Below, one piece after another: positions 13,291 to 22,619 of a DNA stretch of 64,000 nucleotides. The notes beneath the pieces were generated by a model. That model was not told where the DNA came from and ran no database searches. It saw only the letters and a list, made by a program, of their open reading frames with translations. Position 1 is the stretch's first letter. Each line of letters starts with the position of its first letter. Source of the DNA: Daphnia carinata (taxonomy: Eukaryota); assembly GCF_022539665.2 (NCBI RefSeq), contig NC_081331.1, positions 2,046,001-2,110,000 on the forward strand, given 5' to 3'. A program made the translations under genes and the position numbers.

Positions 13291-14850
13291 ATGGTGAAAG
13301 CTGTGTGTGGATGTCTCAATGTAAAAATTAACATCAAGGGTGAACTTGCAAATTCCCCAATTTTCCACACAGATGACCTTCAATTTGAAGAATCCCAAGA
13401 TGAGTTTTTCCAACAGGTATTTTAAATGAATAAATCCTATTTATATTCCAGTTGGTCCATCAACATAGTTGATATTAACAATATATTATCTCAGGCTCCC
13501 AAAGAAGTGATAACTGATGCTACTGGGGTTCTGATCGAGCACACATTTTTGGTAAAATCACGCCATGTTGGAAACTGGAATATTTATCATTGTATCTGCT
13601 GCAAAACAGATACACATGCAGTCCCTGATTCTTCTCAGCTACCTTTTCTGCTAAACACAGCCCTTGGGGTATGTGCCACATATGTACATTTGTTCTGTAG
13701 TAATCCTGAACACTGTAACAATCTACCTAGGTTGATGCTAATCAAATCTCAAAACTGCAGCAAAGTGAAAGGTTTTCTCCAGTTTACAAGGTTGTTCTAC
13801 CATGGCTTGGAAACTCTGGGCCATCTTCTCCAAGAAACTTTCCAGGTTAAATAGAACGTGGTCCTAGGAAAAAGGTCCAAATAAAAATATTTGTTGCTTT
13901 TATCAGATAAGGGATCCCAAGCAGATCAAGCTGTTGCCACCATTCAGCAAATGATGTCTAGTTTTTTGAAGAGAGAAGAAGATAAAGTAGAAGAAAACAT
14001 CCTGAGATACACGGAGCAACAGCAAGCATCCTTGTCGGCCCTAGAGGCTCGAGCTAGACAGGATAGAAATACGCTTTTACTGTAATATTCAATCTTTATT
14101 TAATCAAACTTTGAATATAACGGTTTTATTTACAGGCTCCTTGCTCAAAAAGAAACTCAATTAGGTAAGAAAATGCAGTCATTGAGCCTAAGGAGCGAAG
14201 TTACACCTCCCACCACCCCAACTAGAGTTGGGTCGTTCAGTTTCACATCCCCCACCAAAGTAAGGGGCCTAAGAAGTTCATTCTGGTTTAAAAACGAAAT
14301 AGTGGGATATGCGTTTTGTAGGAAATTCCTCCCCCGCCTTTTCAGCGTGGCTTTTCTACAAATCCTGATGACGATATTTTTGAATTTGACCCTGATTATT
14401 TGGATAATAGAAATCCTTTTGATGACACGTCCGATCCTGATAGTGAAGGTGAGTCGATAAACGTATTCAATTGTCAATCTCTGGTTACATTTCGCTGTTC
14501 TAATACGTGATCAGATTCGAGTTACGCTGAAGGAATGAATATACCTGGTCGTCAGCCTTTAAGGTCTGACGATGATAGTGCCTTGGCCAAATCTCTTCCT
14601 ATGCGAGTACCTGCTATGTCAAATTACCGTTCAAAGGACATAGATATTGAAGACGATAGGGTAACTTGTTTAATCATACGTGTATGTGTCAAGATGTGTT
14701 TTGATACTCAAACTACGTTTCTATCCTCCTTAGACTCCCATTAATCCGGAAGAAATGGAGGCCTCTTTCAAAGCTATTGCTCGGAGCGTTCACGGAGGCT
14801 CAGATTCTTTCTGGGACTTGCCTCGTCCGAGGTTAAACACTTTACATTGA
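13291..14850 (+). CDS. PRAS40: PRAS40 (AKT1S1)/Lobe-like mTORC1 inhibitor, multi-exon
   Basis: TOS-like DDIFEFD, AKSLPMRVP, and C-terminal IARSVH...FWDLPRPRLNTLH* (RxRxxT Akt site), the hallmark PRAS40 motifs. Confidence 0.85.
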
Positions 14851-16114
14851 CGAAATGACGCGAATTTGCCAATTAAGCTTTGCATCCAAGTACAGGCCTG
14901 TGTTTTCAATGGATCTGTACTGACGTCGATCTTTCTCTTGCAGCTTATTACTTTGTGTGTTCTTTTCTTGTCTCTTACAACCAGGTCAAATTTTCTTTAA
15001 AGGGTTGCCCTCTCGAATCATGGAAAATGAACGTTTTGAGTTTATGCAGTGTAAGAGACGAAAAGTTTTCATGTTGAAGAATACACACAACAGCGTGTAA
15101 CCTTGTATTTTTAGTTAGTTACAATTGGAACTTCGATCTGAAATGACCAAAAGTTGGTATTGAATATGATTGGATGGTACGTGCACTTCAATCCAACATT
15201 AAATAGATCGTTATTCTTGGACCACGTAATTAACGTGATTGACTTCAAAGGGTAGCAAAAAAATTTATTGACAGTGCACATTAAGAGTCGCCATATCATC
15301 TGTTATCATTTTAAATGGGGATTGTGCAGGAATTTTGGAAACCATATAAAGGTAGCGCGGCGTTGATTACCCACACGAGATACACATTATCAGTAGGTAA
15401 ACCATCGGTATTTTCTCTATAAAAATCTTATCAATATTTATCATCAGCAATGTAAGGCAACCTATCCAACCCGCGCCAATTGGGGAGCCTTTTAGCCGAT
15501 CGGGCGGGAAGTATTTCGGGTTTTTTGGGCAAGGCATTGGTTGACGGGGCATTTTATCGCCCCAATTCAATCTGATTAAAACTAAGTTAAACAACCAATA
15601 GTCCGATACTCGATATGTAGTGTGTTCGTCAGTTTTTCGCTTGATTTTAGTAACTAAATTAGCGGCTATTTCGACTAGAGTTTTATATATATATAATATA
15701 TTATATACACTGTACATATTTTTTTTTTGCCCATAGAGGAAGGACGAAACACGAGAGAAAAACACCACGTTGCAACTCAGCATTCGACAGAAGCCTTTAG
15801 GGAATCTGAAAGGCGACAACGGTTCCAAAATCCACATTGTTGTATTATTTCGAAATGTAGTTTCAGTCATGCAGGCAAGGAATTCTGTAGCTGCGCAACA
15901 TTTCGCATATCATACAGATATGGAAAGGTTCAGATCTGTATCTACATTCATCTGGCAACCACAGGTTTGTTTATGTTTTTTCTGTCAATTAAAGCAATTA
16001 TTATGCTTCAATCGGTTTAGCATAGTGAGTTTGGTTTATATACTACGAAATATTCCATGTACCCATGCTTTCAGCGTAGTAGCATCGTGAGTTCCTGATG
16101 GTTTTGAATTCAAC

Positions 16115-16226
16115 ATTCTGTTAGCCCTAACGAAGCGGTGATGCTACCGTGCTATTAGTTGAAGTTTCGGAATAGACGATTAATTATACGATTAAAATGG
16201 TGCATCATAAATATGAGTTTACATTT
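16115..16226 (+). ncRNA. Candidate intronic box H/ACA RNA
   Basis: Hairpin (attctg/cggaat, ctaa/ttag, ggtg/tacc), H box AGACGA at 16174-16179, a second weaker hairpin, and ACA at 16221 followed by TTT. Target not identified. Confidence 0.55.
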
Positions 16227-16371
16227 CATTTGTTTCCCGTGATTTTCGTTTACAGGGCAGTTGTGCTAACGATATCCTTAACACTGAAAGATGAAAATGA
16301 AAACATTGAATTTTCATGCTATGTAGTGAAGTACAGATGGTAAGTCATTACATTTATTGTAGTAGAATCTA

Positions 16372-16549
16372 GGAAAATGATTAGAATTCTGAAGCAATTG
16401 AATTGGTGTCACCAATTGTATTGAGTGTCTAACACTCTTCGTTAGTTCTCGCTGCAGAGCTTGAGAACAATTTAGAGTTTAGTGCTTTGGTATTCAAGTT
16501 GCTGTGAAACCATATTTTGATGACGTAATCTTTGATCTTATCTGATTCT
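16372..16549 (+). ncRNA. Long box C/D scaRNA-like guide for U2 snRNA G25
   Basis: C-like ATGATTA 16377, D' CTGA 16389, internal hairpin, C' TTGATGA 16517, D CTGA 16542. The guide TTTGATCTTA pairs with U2 UAAGAUCAAG (nt 22-31), and the D+5 rule gives G25. Confidence 0.75.
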
Positions 16550-16704
16550 GAATTCTAGTTTCCAAATTGAAAATTGATCGGTGTTGTATGTAATGAGTTC
16601 TGTTTTTCTGTTAACAGCTTAGTTGCTTTTCTTGTGATTTGGTGGTGAGCAGTTACTTCTTAGGCATGAGGTAAGCACATCAATAGAAAGTACATTTCAA
16701 ATGT

Positions 16705-16850
16705 TAAAAGGATGAATTAAAAGGCCGAGTTCGAATCATTCTGTGATACATTCTGACTGCTGTGGAGTTGAGTCTGAATGATTCCTCTTAGCTGTTGAAA
16801 TGTTTATCCAAATGATTGTGAAAAGAATGTCCGAGAGCGTAGCTGATCGT
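16705..16850 (+). ncRNA. Long box C/D scaRNA-like guide for U2 snRNA G11
   Basis: C-like AGGATGA 16709; guide AAAAGGCCGAG (16719-16729) complementary to U2 CUCGGCCUUUU (nt 8-18); D'-like TCGA 16731; hairpin gaatcattc/gaatgattc; C'-like ATGATT 16812; D CTGA 16843. Confidence 0.7.
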
Positions 16851-17196
16851 CAAGTTGTATTATTTCCCGCCTGGTATTGCCACATTCAGTTAATTTTTTC
16901 ATTTTTCTGTGCAGTTTCGATGCTCGGTCCCCGCGCCGGTTACGGGAGGTGTGATGTTGGCAGGAAATTACCATTTTCATGCCAGGTAATGACGCATTGA
17001 TATGTAACGGGGGTAGGATTGGTATAGTCGGGATAGGATATGGTTGTTGCTGTGTGGTAAAGTGTTGTAGTAGTTTCATGTTGCAAGTCATTTTATTTTC
17101 TTTGCTCGTTTAAATAGGCGTTATTGAGGAACGGATCAACCATCCTCGAATAATGTGATGTAAGTCGGAACATATATTATTCTTCTATAGGCGTTA

Positions 17197-17256
17197 ATGA
17201 TGAAAATCTTGTATCCGTATTGGTGGATGATGGTAGTACAAGCTCAACAGGCCTGA
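17197..17256 (+). ncRNA. Box C/D snoRNA family A, copy 1 (28S rRNA guide)
   Basis: ATGATGA 17197 and CTGA 17253. The 13-nt guide CAAGCTCAACAGG is antisense to the conserved LSU sequence CCUGUUGAGCUUG. Confidence 0.9.
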
Positions 17257-17470
17257 TACTGTTATCCATAAGTAAAATATTGCCCATCGGAATTTCTGCT
17301 CATAGTATTTTTCTTTGCAATGTATTTAAATAGGGGCGCTACTGTTTGTTGCCTGCATTGGCACAGTTTGGTTATTCGATTCTTCTGTGGATGGATTGGT
17401 ACTGCCTGGCGGTGATTACTGTTATCTAGGTTAGTAACCGATTTCATATATTTGCTTTGTGGTTAATTAG

Positions 17471-17529
17471 ATGATGACACTTGCAGTGGCGATTTTCTGT
17501 GATTAAGGCCGTAGCCAAAAGGATACTGA
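17471..17529 (+). ncRNA. Box C/D snoRNA family B, copy 1
   Basis: ATGATGA 17471 and CTGA 17526. Guide AGCCAAAAGGAT is probably antisense to LSU AUCCUUUUGG; conserved in copy 2. Confidence 0.85.
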
Positions 17530-17696
17530 TTTCTCAATCTTGACTTTCAATTGAGCTAATTCATCATGCGCTATAACTTTTGTTCTGTGAATTTATGCAG
17601 GCCTAGTACTCGTGAGTTGACTTGACGTGGGGTTGCCCATCGTTTACTGCTGGCGCGTGAGTAAATAGTTTTGCATACTTAATTTTTTAACCGTTT

Positions 17697-17753
17697 ATGA
17701 TAGTGTTGTATTGGAATTGATGGGTGAAGCTAGTACGGGCGCAACAGGGCTGT
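17697..17753 (+). pseudogene. Decayed copy of snoRNA family A
   Basis: Aligns to the A copies at the same intronic position, but box C is ATGATAG, box D is CTGT and the guide is mutated (CGGGCGCAACAGG). Confidence 0.75.
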
Positions 17754-17967
17754 TACAGTCTACCGTAAATGGGATTTTTTTTGTCAAAATTTGTAATCAC
17801 AGTACTGTTCCATGTTATGTGTTTAAACAGGACTCCAAGTAATGCTGCAACATAAATCGGTCGAGGACTTGGTTGTGGCGGTTGGGCTGTACATCGATCG
17901 GTGATAATCGGAATTGAATAGCGCCTTTAGGTTAGTTAACTTTTTGTGTCTTTCATGGATTAGTTAG

Positions 17968-18026
17968 ATGATGACACGTTCAATGGCGATTTTCTATGAT
18001 ATAGGCCGTAGCCAAAAGGATACTGA
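17968..18026 (+). ncRNA. Box C/D snoRNA family B, copy 2
   Basis: ATGATGA 17968 and CTGA 18023; AGGCCGTAGCCAAAAGGATACTGA identical to copy 1. Confidence 0.85.
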
Positions 18027-18200
18027 TTTCTCTATTGCAGTACAATTGGCGATTGTTTAGTCGTGCGCTACAACTTTTTTTTTCTGGGCGTTTATGCAGG
18101 TATAGCAGTCATGGCGAATCGTGTGTAGTATTGAAGAGAGATTGACCGTTGTTTACTACCGTGTAAGTAATATTACAGCATAAGCTTTTTTCAGCTGTTA

Positions 18201-18260
18201 ATGATGAAAATGTTGTATCCGTATTGATGGATGATGGTAGTACAAGCTCAACAGGTCTGA
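18201..18260 (+). ncRNA. Box C/D snoRNA family A, copy 3
   Basis: ATGATGA 18201, D' TTGA, C' ATGATGG, guide CAAGCTCAACAGG, CTGA 18257; nearly identical to copy 1. Confidence 0.9.
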
Positions 18261-19564
18261 TACCGTGGACCGAGAGCGAGATTCGCAGTAAAAATAATTT
18301 TTTAATAGCAGTTTCTTCTGCGTGACATATTAGGTATCAATTATTCGGTTCTTTTGGCGTGATGTCTGCGTGCAACTACTTTTCCTTGACGGTTGCGTGG
18401 TATCCTGGAATTTGTGAGGCACGGTAAATAACCTCTTTAATTACCTTTCAGCTGAGATAATTTGCTATTACACAATAACAGTTTGAAGTTCTCGTTTTTT
18501 AAATAGTCTCGTAGATTCACATTATGCTGCATAATTTATTCCAACAAACGTGCTAAAGTATAAAGATTTGTCATTTTAAAAGATTCTAAAATATATTTAG
18601 AGCTTAATGGTGATCAACTCAAGTGCAACGTCGTGTTCTACAGCTTGCAGAATACATTTTGCAGAACCATTTTACTCAAAATGGTGCTTTTGTAAGTATT
18701 TAATCCGTATTTTGGGACGTACTGGCACTCTTCGTTTCCTCGTCGACGTTCATAATCGATTGTGGCAGAAAAGAGGGCGAGAAAATGTTGCCTATCTGAA
18801 TGAACTTTGAATTCGTTCAAATTTCGTGTTAAACTTTGGCGTACAATTCGTAATGGAGTGGGTAGGGTTTTACATTGCAAGTTCTACATTTTTTTTTCAA
18901 TCCATTTTTGTGCTTGCAGGCAGGAATTATATGTGCAGAAACTTCTGCAATGGGAATATTTTGGAAATGTTATTTATTACAAGCTATGAAATAAATTGGA
19001 AAATTGTGTAATGTGATTAGTATATTTACTTTCATTCGCAACTCTTAATGCATCAAATGTAAATTCGTATATTGGGTCCAAATTGTATTCAGTTTTTTTT
19101 CTTGCCATTATTTCCATATTCTTAATACAATGGTAAAACCATGAAAGTAATAGTAAAAATCTCGCTAGCACAATCTAAAACTAGGAAAATGTTAAAACCA
19201 CTTATGGAATTCAAGTATTTAGTTATGATTTTCTAGTAACGGCAATTAATGTTAAATAATTAACGATGGTGAAATGGAAACTAGTTTTTGTAATCCACTA
19301 CATTGCAAGTCATTACAACTGTTAATGTTTAATAAAACAGTCGAATTTCAGCCTGCTCATGACTGTTAATTGTTTGCTTACAACCACACAATGCCAGATC
19401 ATACATCAGCACTTCAGTCGTAGCTGCAGCGGCGATATATTCACGAATTCGTGATTTGTCATGGGTCACAGACAAAGAAACCTACGATAAGGAAAATGAA
19501 CATCTAGTTTTGAAATTCCTAGGTGCGATACGCAGTAGTACAATCACCAAAATAAATTTGTTAA

Positions 19565-22530
19565 ATTTGAATAATCAAAGAAGTTTGTCACGCTAGCGCT
19601 GTAGCGTACTAGTAATGGTTTCGATTCGCAACTAATTTTATAGTTTAGATTACTCTAAAACTGTAAACTCTACGTAAAAACCAATTCCATTTTAGTTTTC
19701 TTTGCTTAATTTTGAATCAAAATCATATATAGTTATCTAGATTTAATGATATTATATTTTAATAGGATAAAATTTTAAGCCCGACAAAATAAGCCCGACT
19801 TAAAAAAAAAAAATTTTTTTTTAAATAAGAAGCAATAATATACACGATTTAGATTCAAAATTTAACAAGGATCACGAAAATCAACTTAGTTTTTACGTAA
19901 AATTTACGGTTTTTGAGTAACCTAAAGTATAAAGGTAGGTGCGAACTAGCTATTATGATAGCGCTGTATTACGCTATAACTATTTTGATTGCGCATAATT
20001 CAATAACCGTATAGATTACGGGCAAACTAACGTGCTAGTTAGATTGGTGTTCAATTTTGAGCCTTACGAGTGTATTTTTTTCGAATTCTGAAAGATGTCG
20101 CTTTTTGATGATTTTCGTAAAAATGAGAAGGCTATGGCCTTCTCACTTTTTCAATTTTCGTCAAATTCTAGTTTTCGTTAAAAATACAGTATTCCGATTC
20201 GAAATTGATCACTGATCACGAAAATGGGGCATATTTTTATATTAGGCTTCTATTTTTTGAATTGATTGTAAAAAACAGAAAATCGGGCTTATTTTGTCGG
20301 GCTTAAAATTTCTTCTAATTAAAAAATAATATCATTAAATCTAGATAATATATATGATTCTGATTCAAAATTTAACAAGGAACACGGTAATGAAATTTGT
20401 TGTTACGTAGAGCTTATGGTTTTTGAATAATCAAAGAAGTTTGATGTGTCAAGCTAGCGCTGTAGCGTACTGGCGCGCTAGTAATGGTTTCGATTCGCAT
20501 ACACATTAATTTTATATTATAGATTACTCCAAAACTATAAATTCTACGTAAAAACAAATTCCATTTTCGTGTTCCTTGGTCAATTTTGAAACAGAATCGC
20601 CTATAGTCATCTAGATTTAATGATATTATTTTTTAATAGGAAAGATTTTTAAGCCCGAAAGATAAAGTCGGGCTTATTTTTTGAACCCAATTTCACGGTT
20701 TTTTACCTTTTATTCAAAAACTATGAGTCCCACGAGAAAAAACCCTCATATTCGTGATGCCCGTTCAATTCTGCATCGAAACCATGTATTTAAAGCGAAA
20801 TCTAAAATTTTGCCAAAATTGAAAAAGTGAGAAGGCTATAGCCTTCTCACTTTTGTCAAAATCGGAAAAAAATCGAAATCTCTAGGAATGCGATGAAAAT
20901 CCCACAGTATAACCCAATTTTAACACTGATTCAGAAAAAGCCATCTGTTTTTTTGTCAAGTAAGCCGTTTTTGAAATAATCGTTATTTAAAGATAAAGTC
21001 GGGCTTATTTTCTTAAACCCAACTTCACCGTTTTTTACGTTTTATTTAAATGCTATGAGTCCCACGAGAAAACATCCCTCATATTCGTGATGCCCGTTCA
21101 ATTCTGCATCGAAACCATGTATTTAAAGCGAAATCTAAAATTTTGCCAAAATTGAAAAAGTAAGAAGGCTATAGCCTTCCTACTTTTGTCAAAATCGGAA
21201 AAAATCGAAATCTCTCGGAATGCGATGAAAATCCCACAGTATAACTCAATTTTTACGCTGATTCAGAAAAAGCCCTTTGTTTTTTTGTTAAGTAAGCCGT
21301 TTTTGAAATAATCGTCATTTTGAAAAAACTGGGCTTATTTTTTAAACCCAACTTCACGGTTTTTTACGTTTTATTCAAAAACTATGAATCCCACGAGAAA
21401 AAACCCCTCATATTCGCGATGCCCGTTTAATTCTGCATCGAAATCATGTATTTTAAGCGAAATTTAATATTTGGCCAAAAATGAAAAAGTAAGAAGGCTA
21501 TATCCTTCTCACTTTTTCAATTTTCGTCAAATTCTAGATTTGGTTAAAAATAGATTATTTTGATTCGAAATTGATCGCTGATCACGAAAATTGGGTGTAT
21601 TTTAATATTGGGATTATAGATTTTGAAGTAACCGTAAAAAAGTAAAATCGGGCTTATTTCGTTGGGCTCATTTTGTCGGGCTTAAAATTCTGTCCTATTA
21701 AAAAATAATATCATTAAATCTAGATAATTATATATGATTCTGATTCAAAATTCAACAAGAAACACGATAATGAAATTTGTTGTTACATAGAGTTTATAGT
21801 TTTTGAAGAATTAAAGAAGTTGGATGTGTCACGCTAGCGCTGTAGCGTACTGGCGCGCTAGTAAGGGTTTCGGTTCGCACCCAATTATATATTTTAGATT
21901 GCTCAAAAACTATAAACTCTACATAAAAACAACTTCCATTTTCGTGTTCCTTGGTTAATTTTGAATCAAAAGCACATATAGTTATGTCTATTTAATGATA
22001 TTATTTTTTAATAGGAAAAATTTTTTAGCCCGACAAAATAAGCCCGACCTTGTGTTTTTTTTGTTTAATCCATAAACTATAAGGCGAATTAAAAAATAAA
22101 CTTTATATTCGTGATTAGCATTCTATTCTGCATCGAAATCATGTATTTTAAGCCAAATTTGAAATTTGACCAAAAAGGAAAAAGTAAGAAGGCTGTGGCC
22201 TTCTCACTTTTCGTCAAATTCTAGATTTAGTTTAAAACACATTGTTCCCATTCTAAATTGATCGCTGATCACGAAAATCTGCCTCGTTTTGACTTTGGGC
22301 TTATAGTTTTCGATCTAAAATTTAAAAACGAATGAAAAAGGTGGGCGCGCCAGCAGAGCGTTTTTAACGTTTATTACAAAAACTGCTGGTGTTACGTGAA
22401 AATGAATATTTTCCCCGAATTCAGTGCAGATATCAGATCCTGCACTGCCGAATGACGAATTAGGCTACCTGATAATCTACGATAACAGTTTACAACCATT
22501 CGGGGCCAATTCCGTTTTGCACCCCATGTG
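19565..22530. repeat. AT-rich modular foldback/palindromic repeat, probably a non-autonomous DNA-transposon derivative
   Basis: About 150-bp arms in alternating orientation (about 19647-19799, 20283-20430 inverted, 20521-20657, 21647-21810 inverted, 21896-22048); three GCTAGCGCTGTAGCGTACT cores; five GAAGGCT..CCTTC hairpins; a 330-bp tandem triplication. No transposase ORF. Confidence 0.8.
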
Positions 22531-22619
22531 CATTATTCTAGAATCAAACGCTGTGATACGTCTTAAAAGGTTTTCATTTGATTTATAACATTTTACGGTT
22601 TCACGATATCCTGTAGAGG

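Larger units (their letters stand above)
15960..18320 (+). ncRNA. Non-coding snoRNA/scaRNA host gene (UHG/GAS5-type); ends approximate
   Basis: Chain of GT-AG introns at 16087-16255, 16340-16617, 16671-16914, 16986-17117, 17160-17333, 17430-17600, 17657-17830, 17931-18099 and 18163-18308, with short exons showing no recognisable protein. Most introns carry C/D or H/ACA boxes. Confidence 0.85.

Noticed and set aside
16526..16535. Guide read as antisense to 18S UCAAAGAUUA
   Set aside because: That duplex ends too far from box D for the D+5 rule, whereas the U2 pairing lands on a known methylated residue.
17481..17520. Resemblance of snoRNA B to the U4 snRNA 5' end (GCAGTGGC..CGTAGCCAA)
   Set aside because: The first part is not conserved in copy 2, there is no Sm site or U4 3' stem-loops, and the C/D boxes explain the sequence.
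19565..22350. CRISPR-like or tRNA-like array (repeated palindromes, GGTTTCGATTCGCA motifs)
   Set aside because: Eukaryotic context, no unique spacers or cas genes, and no cloverleaf; the motifs belong to the foldback repeat.
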